Assembly (NCBI GenBank): GCA_963693365.1
Contig: CAVNZM010000004.1
Location: 7,167,093-7,231,092 of the forward strand
DNA from: Amoebidium appalachense
Lineage: Eukaryota; Protista; Ichthyosporea
DNA: 64,000 nucleotides
Direction: 5' to 3'
Both the position numbers and the translations under genes were made by a program. The notes under the pieces are model-generated. The model was not told the DNA's origin and did no database searches. It worked only from the letters and a program-made list of their open reading frames with translations. Positions 14,236 to 26,131 of the stretch are shown in pieces. Each line of letters starts with the position of its first letter. Position 1 is the stretch's first letter.

Positions 14236-14997
14236 CCACAAGTACCCATGCAGACCCACACACACCCGTACACACACACACACGTACCCCCCCCCCCCCA
14301 TCCCACCCTTCACACACACACGTACACGTACACAGGGCAACTTTGACGTTGTGTTCAGCAACTGGCTGCTTATGTACCTCTCGGATGCCGAGGTCAAGGG
14401 CCTAGCCGAGGCCACCCTCAAGTGGCTTGCCCCCGGAGGCTACGTTTTCTTCCGTGAGAGCTGCTACCACCAGAGCGGCGATGCAAAGAGAGACGCTAAC
14501 CCTACTCACTATCGCGCACCGGAGGATTACGATGCTATCTTCCAGGTGTGTAGTCAGTGTGTGTGTAGATGTGTGTGTGTTTGTGTAGGTGGGGGGGGGG
14601 GAGGGGGGAGGGGGGGGGGGAGAGTGTTGGAAGTGAGGGTGTGTGTGTGGGGGGGGGGAGGGGGTAGGGGCGGAAGGAGTTAGAGTGTTGCTTGCTATCA
14701 GTGCGGCTCCTTTGCTGTTTGCTTCGACTTTTGTTTGTGACTTGCTTTTGTGTGTGTGTTGGGGGGGGGAGGGGGTGGGGGGGGGGGGCAGGCACTGGGG
14801 GGGGGAGGGTAGCAAGGAGTTTGGTTATACATAGATGAAGACACTAGATGGAAATGTCACGTGGGTGTGGAAAGGAGGTTCTGTAAGATGCAATTTAGGA
14901 AGGAAGGAAGGTTGGAATGATACCTGACCAATGGTAAGGCCCTTGTTTCATATGTGCCGTCTACATCCCTAATCGTCGTGGCTTCCTCCACCGTAAC

Positions 14998-15032
<35 letters not shown>

Positions 15033-15184
15033 CCCCACACACACACCCATGACCTTCCCTCTTCCTCCTTCAAAAGTCTCTGTTCTCCTCTCCCCCCCCC
15101 CCTCCCCCCCCCCCCCCCCCCCCTCCCCCCACACACACACCCATGACCTTCCCTCTTCCTCCTTCAAAAGTCTCTGTTCTCCCC

Positions 15185-15227
<43 letters not shown>

Positions 15228-17187
15228 CCCTGCACCACCCACACACACCTCCACTTCTTTCCTGTTCCTTATCCCCCTGGTTTCTCAAACACGCATATTA
15301 GTCAATTAACCGTTCCCCCCACGCACACACCTCCACCCTCCCCTCTCTTCAATCACTAACAAAAGACACCCATACACAACCACCCACACAATCACATATA
15401 CATATACACACGTACAACCACCTGCACACGCACACACACACATGCGTACACATACACACACATCCCCATGCACATGCGCACGTGTGATTCTTTCAGGGCG
15501 TGCGGTCGTCCGACGACAGCCACTTTGAGTTCTGCGAGATGCGCACAGTGAACATCTACAAGGAGCTCAAGAACAACCCCAACCAGCGCACATGGCTGTG
15601 GCGCAAGGCATCGGGCCTGATGGATGAGTCCCTGCCCCTGCAGGTGCGTGTTTTGTGGTTTCTTCTTGTTTTGTTTCCCTTTTTTTCATTGTTGCTGTTT
15701 TCTATCTTAGTTTGCTTTTTTTTTTCTTTTCTTTTGCCTTTTGTGTGTGTGTTGGGGGGGGGGGGGGGGGGGGGGGGGGGGATGTGGGTGCCTATGCGAC
15801 GTGTGTGCTTGCTTTGAGGGGGGGGGGGGGGGGGGGGAGGGGCTGGTGGATGGGATGAGCGGGGAGAGAAGTGGAGGCAAGCATGCACGTGATGAATTCG
15901 GTGGTACGATTGCATAAGTTTTTTTAAGAAACGTTTTGTGCATGTGGACTGGTGTCGGGTCACTGTGGTGATCCCGTGGGAGTGGAGAGGTTTTGTTGGG
16001 TTTAAAGGATCGGGGGAGAGGAGGATGGACTGGAGGGAGCTGAAGGGAGAGGAGTGTGCGTGGGATTGGATAGATTTGTGGGTGGGGAAGACAGGGGACA
16101 GGGAGGGGCCCAATGAAACGGGGGTTTTTGTGGGAGTAGGGGTTGTGGTTAGGTGAAGTTTTATACTTTGAGAAGGTGGCGGGGGAGATGAGGGAGGGGG
16201 AGATTGGAAGGGGGGGGGGGGGGGGGAAGGGGGGGAGAGATGGAAGAGACATCGGTTACATGTGATTTTTTTTGTGGGGGGGGGGGGGGGAGGCAGAGGC
16301 GCCGGAGGTGGAGGGAGGGTGGAAGGGGGAGCAGGGGAGAGGTGGGGAGGGGAGGAGGGGGGGGGGGGGGGGAGGTTTCTACATATGCCTTTGAAGTATA
16401 CTCACACTCACCCCTCCCACCCCCAACAGCGGTTCCTTGACACGCAGCAATACAGTGCCAAGGGTGTGGCCAAGTACGAGCGTGTGTTTGGGCCCGGATA
16501 TGTCTCGGCCGGTGGTCTGGAAACCACAAAGGTAGAGATATGGGGACACATACGAAAGGGCAACTTTTTGCCTGTCACTGCATGTTCACTGAAGTAGCAT
16601 GTATGACAGTCACACAAGCACGCACACACACACACACACACAGACAGACAGACAGACACACTCGACGTGACTGACATGGATAGGCAGTCACATACGGTAC
16701 ATTGATGGATAGGTGGTGGGTGAAGAAGAAAGCACTTGTCATGCAGCTTCAGGCAACGAGATGTCCCCTCCCCTCCCCCCCTCCCCCCGCCTCTGCCCTC
16801 CCTCCCTCCAAACACGCGTGCGAGCATGTGTCATATAAGAAACCCCCCAGCCCCACCCGTACCCTCTCCCCCAAATCCCATTCTCATGCACACCTTCTCC
16901 CCATTACGCTCGCTTTGTACTTCGCATTGTGTAACCCAATCCCCTCCCCCCCCTTGCCCGCCTTGCGCCCGCCCTCCCCTTCTGAGAAGCCCCAACGACA
17001 ACCATGTTTTTGACGCCCTGTTTATGTTCGGGAACATTTTATGCGCTCACTGTGATTGGTTGCTGACTGAGGGGGTGCAAACAGGAATTCACGGCCAAGC
17101 TCAACCTCAAGCACGGAGACTACGTGTTGGATGTGGGCTCTGGGATCGGTGGGGGTGACTTCTACATGGCCGAGGTACGTGCACATG

Positions 17188-17224
<37 letters not shown>

Positions 17225-19919
17225 CTGCCCGTAAGCACACGTACATTTGCATGCACATATGTGCACGCATTTGGCACACACACACGGATATTATGCACAG
17301 GCATGCACACGCATGCGCATCTGTGCACACATGCACACACAAACGGACATAAGGCAGATGCACACAAGTAGGCACAAAGGCATCCATAGACGTGCATGCG
17401 CACACGTCCACACTCCGGCATGCACATGCACACACACGTACACAGAGGCATACAATCACATGTACAGACAGGCATGTACACACGGTTACACAAAGGTATG
17501 CATACACACACATGTACATAGGCATACACAGACGTGCACCCCTGCACAACAGGGTATGGGAGGGAGGGGGGAGGACGGGTACATTTGATACTTTCTAGGG
17601 GGGGGGGGGGGGATAGAAAAAAAGAAGACGCACACACACACGGACAGACAGAGAGAGGCATGTACGACCACACCTGGGCGCCCCCACCCAAATATGTTCC
17701 TTGGTTCCTTGTCAAAAAGATACCATGCCATGTTCTGCCCCGTGGTCTTTGCCAATGCACTTTTGCGCTTGTATAATGCTTTCCAACCCCTTCACCCTTC
17801 AACCCACCCCGTAGATCCCCACTCCACCCAACCACTCAAAAACAAGTCAACTGACTGATGACTCACAAGCACACACGGGCACAAAAGCACGCACGTACAC
17901 GGACACATACATGCACCAACGCCCACACAAACTTAACCACACACACACCCACACACACACACACACACACACATGCACCTGCACCTGCACCTGCACGGAC
18001 ACACTTGCACACTTATGCACACATGCACACACACGTCCACACACGTCCACACACATGCAGACATACACGCATACACACACATCCACACACCTCTGCACAT
18101 GTACACGCACTCCGCACACACACACACGTACACATGTACACGTACACACGCACAGACGTACCAGGTGCGTGTGATGGGCATCGATCTGTCCACCAACATG
18201 GTAGCAGAGGCCAAGGCCCGTGCTGCCTCTAAGCGCCACCTGGACGTGCAGTTTGATGTGTGTGACGTCACCACGGCCCAGTACGCTGCAAACGTGTTCG
18301 ACGTGGTCTACTCGAGGGACACCATCCTGCATATTCTCGACAAGCAGGTCTTGTTCCAGAAATTCCAGGTAAATTTTCATAAAGGACCCCCCCCCGTTCC
18401 CCATAAGCATATATCCTATGACAAGCAGGTTGTGTGTTCTAGATATTCCAGGCGAAAAAAACTTTTTTTTTTTGGCCAAGCTTCCCCCCCCCCCCCCCCC
18501 CCCCCCCCCCCCATCTGTCCACTTCTGCATATCCCCTCTGATAGCCATAGACACACTTCACACATTGCATTACACGCATCCATGCACACACCGCTCTGTT
18601 GGCGACAGCTCCCTTGGAACCCATGCGGCATGTTACCCGCCGGTGTAACATAACTCGGACAATCGGTTGGCTTTTTTCAAGCCCAAAGCAATGGGTGATA
18701 CCATATTTCCGGCTGACATCCGGGGGCATAGCTTTCCGTTCGAAGACGTTAAAAGTTCCGCCCTAGTAAGCGTGTTACTACCCTGCGGCATGGGTCAAAT
18801 CTCATATTTTCCCCTCTGATTGCGAATTTGCGGCCTTCGGGACTTAATTCTTTTCAGCTGGTGTAGTACGTTAGCCAGGGAAGTATCGACTTAGGTAGCG
18901 ACGGGGGAGCTTCCCAGAAGCCCCGTCTCCTGAGTTCCTACCTATATTTTTCTTGCTTCTGTTTACTGCTGCAACTTTAACCCCCGGCCTTTCCCACTGC
19001 CCTTGCCTGCATAAGTTACCCTGCTCGTCTCTGATCAAGACGGGTGACCCGACCCACCCATGTTCAAGTGAAACAGTATCTGAGTTGGGTTTCGTTAACG
19101 AGGCGAATGGGTCGAAACTCGGGTACTGTGGATGACGTGGGCCCCCCCTAGGATGGGCTCTGCTTATTATGCATACTCTTTATGTATGGTTTGCATTCTG
19201 CATCGTGTTATCCGTTTGTTCTTGTGTACCTCGTACTTTATGACGCATTTAAAACCCCCCCCCCCCCCCCCCCCCCACAAAAAAAAAAAAAAAAAAAAAA
19301 AAAAAGCCCCGCCTTCCATCCCCCCATTTCCACCTTGAGGTTTAGATCCATTCCAGCGCTTGGTAACTGTGTTATTGCTCTTTTCGTTATATCTTAATCC
19401 ACACAACCACGTATACTCCCGGGCTTCCGGCATTCCCAACATTCCAAAGCCACATTCCACTCATTGCACGGTGCATTCCAGACATGGCTGCGGCCCGGTG
19501 GTCGGCTGCTGATCTCGGACTACTGCTGTGGGCCGGAGGAGACCCAGTCGGAGGAGTTTAAGGCCTATGTCGAGAAGAGGGGCTACAGCCTGCTCGAACC
19601 TGCCCAGTATGGAAAGGTATGTGGCCAGTCACGGCACATATTTGGATGCACTCGTGTGTTGTGCTCATCCCGATTTTTGTACTTGGTACTGTGAAACACA
19701 TTCTCCGTCCGCCTTCTCCCCACCCCACCCACCATTAGCACTATCATTGCCACCCTGCCCTCGTTCTTTTTTCCCACCACTATGTAATCTACTTTCAGAA
19801 ATCTAGATTCCCCCCTTTGTCCACCGACCCCCCCTTCTGCGTCTCTCTTTCAGGGTCAGAGGAATCACAACCTAACCTATCCTACCATCTACGCAAACGC
19901 TTGTACACGTGCATCTCCG

Positions 19920-19951
<32 letters not shown>

Positions 19952-20180
19952 GCTGCTTGAGGCTGCGGGGTTCCAAAACGTTGTTGTCGAGGATCGCACG
20001 GAGCAATTCGTGTCTGTGCTCAAGCGCGAACTTGCCGATTTCGAGGCAGGAAAAGACGCGTTCTTGCAGGAATTTTCGCAGGCCGATTACAATGAAATTG
20101 TCGACGGCTGGAAGGCAAAGCTGGCCCGCTGTGCTGCCGGCGACCAAAAGTGGGCCCTGTTCACTGCAACAAAGAACTAG
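11275..20180 (+). CDS. PEAMT: Phosphoethanolamine N-methyltransferase (plant-type, two SAM-dependent MTase domains), 10 exons
   Basis: Exons 11275-11283, 12465-12620, 13012-13197, 14336-14545, 15497-15643, 16430-16531, 17085-17174, 18156-18368, 19482-19616, 19953-20180 join in frame. Diagnostic motifs: [107 protein letters not shown]. The 9-nt first exon (ATGCCCCAC|GTAAGT) is inferred. Confidence 0.95.
11450..11690. repeat. Direct duplication of ~105 bp separated by poly-C
   Basis: CGTGATAGGGTTGATCTATCC...CTCTAGCAATATC at 11450-11554 and 11589-11690; the copies differ by a 4-bp indel. Confidence 0.9.
15029..15183. repeat. Direct duplication of ~55-60 bp separated by poly-C
   Basis: CACACACACACCCATGACCTTCCCTCTTCCTCCTTCAAAAGTCTCTGTTCTCC occurs twice. 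Confidence 0.9.
18951..19252 (+). mobile_element. Dispersed ~300-bp non-coding repeat, SINE-like or other non-autonomous element (copy B), in PEAMT intron 8
   Basis: Reverse complement of 22626-22918 at high identity; partial copies at 840, 37631, 45848 and 54585; ends ...GACGCATT then a short A run and poly-C. Confidence 0.75.
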
Positions 20181-21400
20181 AAACAGAGCAAAGGCCCCGT
20201 GCTTCTGCTTACTAGGTTAAAGGTGTTGTTGCTGGTGTGTTGCGCCCTTTTTTCCCCTTGGTTTTCTTTGCTCGAATCTTTTTATCTTATGATCTCCCCG
20301 CCTGCCCGGTTGTCATAAGGCTAATGGATGTATCCAATACTCTTGGTTGGTGTTTAGAGGGGTACGGGCTTGGGCTTTATTTTCGATGCAAGTCCCTTTC
20401 TTTTCTTTTTTCTTTCGTCAATCTCTCCTCTCCATCTTTGTCTCACCTCCCCGACTCTACAACTGTGTTTCCACTCAAAGTTGAATGTTTTGATTCGTTA
20501 TTTCTCATCAGGTAACTGCTTACATTCATGACAGCTCGTGTCTCTCTATATAGTTTATTTTTATATGCAGGATGGTGAAAGTTGGTGATGTATTTCACCC
20601 AAATGCAATGTGTTGAAGTTGAATGGTGTATATCTAGCCTATTTGTATGTGATAGGCTATACCAAAAAAATGTAGCATATCACAACTAGCACATTCGATC
20701 AAGGTCTCCTAAAAAGCACACGGTGCGCTACTTAGGAGGCCTTGCATTCGACATCGATGTTGTTTGGTCTGGTATAATTTTTTGGCGTCAGGCAGATATA
20801 TAGGGAGATGTAATGGTAGGTGGACATACATTGGATAGTGTGGTGTTAGTTTGAGTTATGAAATGTGAGAGTTATAATTCCTGGCATCGATGCCCCCCAC
20901 AGTGTTTTTTGTTATATGTTTTGGGCCAGGGGGGGCTCTTGTAAATATGAGCGTCGCCTGACTTGGTGACTGGTGACTGGCAGCCCTGGTTGGCTGCATT
21001 AAAAGCAATCATAATAACAGCATTTATCACGAACAGCCATACACCGTGACACACGCGCTCACACTTACCCATCCATGAATTTGCACAATCCCTTCGAATC
21101 TGTATTTACCTCGTCAACTGTGGAATCCGCTGCAGGCACTTGCGGCAGCTGTTCTTCTAGATCTATCATAGTGTCCAACAGCTAGATCTGGCCCGTCCCC
21201 TGGGCCACTCCCTCAGTAGCTACCTTCGCGAAACGTTACCATAATGATTACATATTATGTACCTTGATCATGTGTGCGCGATTTGCGAATCAGAATGCGA
21301 GTTATCTTTTCCAGTCTGTGTGTATGATTTTCATGCGGCCGTGAAAGCCCACATGGGTGGGTGGGGTTGGTGTGTGTGTGCGCGTGCGCATGCCTTTGGT

Positions 21401-21439
<39 letters not shown>

Positions 21440-22308
21440 GGAATGAGATCCGGGCACATAGCTTAGCAATCATTTATTTGTCGCCGATTTTTACTTCACA
21501 AATTCCCATCCCGGTATTCACCCATCCACATCTTGCATTTAACCTGCCGTTTATAACGGCTCGGCAGGTACATGCATACATATATAGGTCAATACATGAA
21601 TGTAGATACAGAGGGTGAAAACGTCCAGGGATTATCGCATGTACAAAAACAAAGACTACACAAAATCATCTCATACAGCTGGGTAACAGAACCAAAACCA
21701 AGCTGACGGCACACACGCACTGCGTGCAAAAAGTCCAACACAGGCAAAACGTGACCAGTTTTTTCTTGCTCGCACGTGTAGCCATCAGCAAAGCGGAAAG
21801 ATAGGAGGGAGATAGATATAACACATAGAAAGAAATGAATGCGAGTGGGAAGTAGTTAGAGAGGGGAGCTGGGGTAGTGTTCCTGTCTGTATGTGGCGTG
21901 GTGCACATGTTCATGTCCGTCTTGTGGTGTTGGGGTGTGGGCGCATACACAGTGCCGTGTGTGCGTGTCCGTGGCCTGTGTGTGCGGTGGGTACCCGCGA
22001 GGGGTGCGTGAATATCGGTGAAAGTGTAACACGCTCACGTATTATTTGCGCATATCTCGCACGTTTGTGTTGTATGTCTACGTGATTCATGCAGGTTTGT
22101 GGTGTCTATCTAAAGGTGATATTTTTTCCATCTAGAGGATGTGTGGGGTGAGCATGAAAGAAGACAACTCTTTATAGGGCTACCACAAAATACATCCCAC
22201 AGACAATTCACACCATTTTAAACAACGGGCCTTTCGACATGCGTAGAGGAAAAGAACGATCAAACGGGTGAGATTGGGGTTGCAGCAAATAAAAAGGAAT
22301 CCGGGGAG

Positions 22309-22342
<34 letters not shown>

Positions 22343-22625
22343 GGGGGAGAAGGGGGGGGAAGGGGGGGGATACTAACAACTTGGACGATAAGGGGTGGCA
22401 AACATGGAAGCAAAGACAAAACAACGAGCACACACACCACACACACACACACACCACACACACAGACCCCACCATCAGTGGGGTTCATACACCAGCCTTC
22501 AAAAAGAATGGCTTCTAACTCTTTACCGCTCGAGATATGGCAAAGGTGCATGTGTATGTGTGTGGTGGGGGGCGGGTAGTGGTGATTGGTTTTGTTGGGG
22601 GGGGGGGGGGGGGGGGGGGGGGGGT

Positions 22626-22918
22626 TGAATGCGTCAAAAAGTACGAAGTACACAAGAACAAACGGATAACACGATGCAGAATGCAAGCCATACATAAAGA
22701 GTATGCATAGCAGAGCCCATCCTCAGGGGGGGCCCACGTCATCCACAGTACCCGAGGTTCGACCTATTCACCTCGTTAACGAAACCCAGCTCAGATACTG
22801 TTTCGCTTGAACATGGGTAGGTCACCCGTCTTGATCAGAGACGAGCAGGGTTGCTTATGCAGGCAAGGGCAGTGGGAAAGGCCGGGGGTTAAAGTTGCAG
22901 CAGTAAGCAGAAGCAAGA
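22626..22918 (-). mobile_element. Dispersed ~300-bp repeat (copy C), just downstream of the hnRNP L stop codon
   Basis: Matches copy B along its length; embedded between two poly-G tracts. Confidence 0.75.
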
Positions 22919-22919
22919 T

Positions 22920-22953
<34 letters not shown>

Positions 22954-23071
22954 AAGCACAAGTCCAAGTCTGGGCCATGCACGGGAGCTAAAGCAAGGCA
23001 GCGAGTCAGAGCAAGAAAGAGAGCAAGGGGAGCACCATTACCTTATAAGGAAGGAGGGCAATATATCCCGT

Positions 23072-23304
23072 TTACTGGGGACCGCCGGGGGCGCGCTTGT
23101 TTGCCGCAAAGGCGACCTTGAAGCAGATCTGGTCCGAGCCGTTGCCGGTGGGCACCCTCAGGTGGTTGAGGATGGCTGCGGCCTCAACGGCATGCTCGAT
23201 GCTGTCGTACTCGAGCATGCCCGTGGATGGCCGGGTGACGTCTGGATAAAAAGGGGAAAAAAGAAAGGGAAAGGTGTTAGACGGGTGCAAGTGGAGGTGT
23301 GTGT

Positions 23305-23363
<59 letters not shown>

Positions 23364-23909
23364 GTTACAGAGTCACATTCACGACGGACAACACCAATAA
23401 GATCTCCCACACAAAGGGGGGGGGGGGGGGGGGGGGGGGGAGGAGAGAATATTGTCGTTCAGAATCACAGCAACACACCATCGGAAAACAGCTCCACTCC
23501 AACAGTAGCCTCCGTCCCCCCCCCCCCCTCCTCCCCCCCCCCCCCCCCAAAACCACAACGAGCAAAAAATAATAAAATAATAAAAATAATAGTAAACCCC
23601 ACCACCCCAGCAAGGCCAGGCAGGCACGTACCCTTGTCGAAAGTTTTGCAGCTGACCGGTGCGGGTGCGCCAGCCTCAAGGCTCATCTGAGTGATGGACT
23701 CGGGGGTGGAGCCGGGGGGGGCATTGTAGAAGTGCACGTTGGTGCTGGGCTTGTACAGCCTGTTCTTGTTGTCCGGACGCAGGAACCGGTTGAGCTTGCT
23801 GGCTCCGTACTCAACAGTGGCGGGTGTGCCGTCGGCAAGGTTCTTGACTTGCTGTGGGTGCATGGAAACAAGTGTGTGAGTGTTAGGTGAGGAAGGTGGG
23901 TGGGTGGGA

Positions 23910-23964
<55 letters not shown>

Positions 23965-26078
23965 GGGGGGGGGGGGAAGGTTATATATATATATATATAT
24001 ATATAAATATATATTGAGAGAGAGAGAGAGAGAGAGAGAAAGATTGTGCGTGTGCAGCAGTCGATATGTACGGAACGAGCATATGGACATGTCTTAACAT
24101 ACCTACACGGAGGTTGTGTACATCTCACCTATAAAACTGAGATGTGTTAAGCGGCAGAGGAAAGCAGAATGGGCGAGTCTGAGAAGGTGTGTGTGTGTGT
24201 GTGTGTGTGTACGTGTGTGTTTTTGGGGGGGAACCCTTCAAGAGTCAACATAGGAAGCATAATCATCGTAAAGCTACGCCAAAAATCATGGCACACATGC
24301 GGCCACCGACCTGCTGCCCGCCGCCAGCAATGTAGGGGTGCTTTGAGCGCTGCAGCTCGAGCTTGGAGCCAAACAGGGGGGTGCCGTTGAGGCTCTGCAT
24401 GGCCACGTCGGCAGCATAGCCGTCGCTCATCTGCACCATCGCAATCCCGGGCTTCTCCGGCAGGAACTTGATCTGTGGCCAGTGCACAGTCAGTATATAC
24501 ATGCAGCCAGTGCACCCTTTTGATGTGCATACTAGAACCAGTGCACAGTTCTCACACATACAGCCAGTACACAGCTGGCATGCATGCAGCCAGCGCACAT
24601 TTTGCTATATGTACCCTAGAACCAGTGCACAGTTGCACAGCTGACATCCATGGAGAGGGAGCACGTGGTGGTCTATGCAGGATGCTTCACATAGAGAAGG
24701 CATATGCGATGGTTCCACAGGGATGTCCACATGCAACACAACACACGTGACAGTGCCCACGGTTATTACAACTTTCCAAAGGTGACAAGTTTCTTATCCT
24801 AAACTGAATTCTTCTTCCAGTTTCTTATCCTAACTGAATTCTTCTTCCCTTTTGCGCCTTCACAGCCTAATCCAGTCGTCCTGTCCCCCCCCCCCCCCCC
24901 CCCCTCCCCGCCGCCCGCCCCCCAAAACCACCACGACAATCTGGCGCGTCACAAACCATGTGCACAAAAGCACCACTCCTCTCTCCCACATGCACGGACC
25001 TTAGCCACGTTGCCGTACATGCAGAACAGGTTGAACAGCCTGTCGCAGTTCATCTTGTCGGCAGGCAGCCCGTACACCATCAGCACCGGCCCACCACCAG
25101 TGGCCCCCATGCCCCCCATAGGTCCTCCCATGGGCCCCCCCATGCCGCCCATGGGTCCCCCCATACCCCCGATCGGGCCTCCCATACCGCCCATAGGACC
25201 CCCCATCCCACCCATGGGTCCCCCCATGCCTCCCATTGCGCCACCACGGCCGCTGTGAAAAGTTTTGTTAGTGCATGTGCCATGGAAAAAAAAAACAAAA
25301 AAGACTGAAATTGTCGCCACCATCCTCACCAAAAAAATGTAACACCCAAAGCCTCAGCACGTATTCACTAACCCTTCTTGACCTGCCCTTCCATACTTAT
25401 CGAACGTTATGTTCTGCACGAACAGATGCGAGAAGGAGCCCATGACGCGGGCCAGAATAGGGGTAAAGGCACACACACACACACACACACACAGGAACCA
25501 CGTGCGCAGGAACGCAAACAAGTAAAAAGTAAAATCTCTTCATCCGAGTACCAAAAACATGCCACTCACCCTACGCACAAGCACTAGTTATTGCCCACAA
25601 CCACAGCACTGACCACTAACCAACCTGCCACACAGCACCATGCACGCCTGAAGCCCCCCCCCCCCCCCCCCCCCCACCACCACCACCACACACACACACA
25701 CACACCACCTACCCAACAGCGCCTGCCATGCCCAGGTTCGCCTGCGCTCCCATGAAAGGTGGGTGCTGTGCGCCCGACCCGAGGTTCGGCTGTGTGTAGT
25801 CGAAGGTGTTTTCGTCGTTGCGACGAACGTTGAGTTTTCCTGCGCGGGAGTACTCAATCTTGAGCGTGCAGCACCCAGCGTACACATCGGCATTGTTGAG
25901 AGAGTCACGGGCGCGCATGGCAGAGTCGACTGTCTCAAACTCAACCATGCCCTGTGTGTGTGTGTGTGCCCGTTAATGTGTGTGTCTGTAAGTGTGCAAG
26001 TGTGTTTGTGTGTGAGTTTATATCTGTGTGTGTCGTGCCAGTAAGCATACGCATAGGTGTGAGTGCTTGTGCGCGTAA

Positions 26079-26131
<53 letters not shown>

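Noticed and set aside
18619-18795. 12-bp imperfect inverted repeat (ACCCATGCGGCA / TGCGGCATGGGT) as a MITE
   Set aside because: Short, one mismatch, no TSD and no second copy in the window.
19030-19165. Hammerhead ribozyme (CTGA.GA and GAAAC-like pieces in the repeat family)
   Set aside because: CUGANGA and GAAA are not in the required order with stems I-III in any copy.
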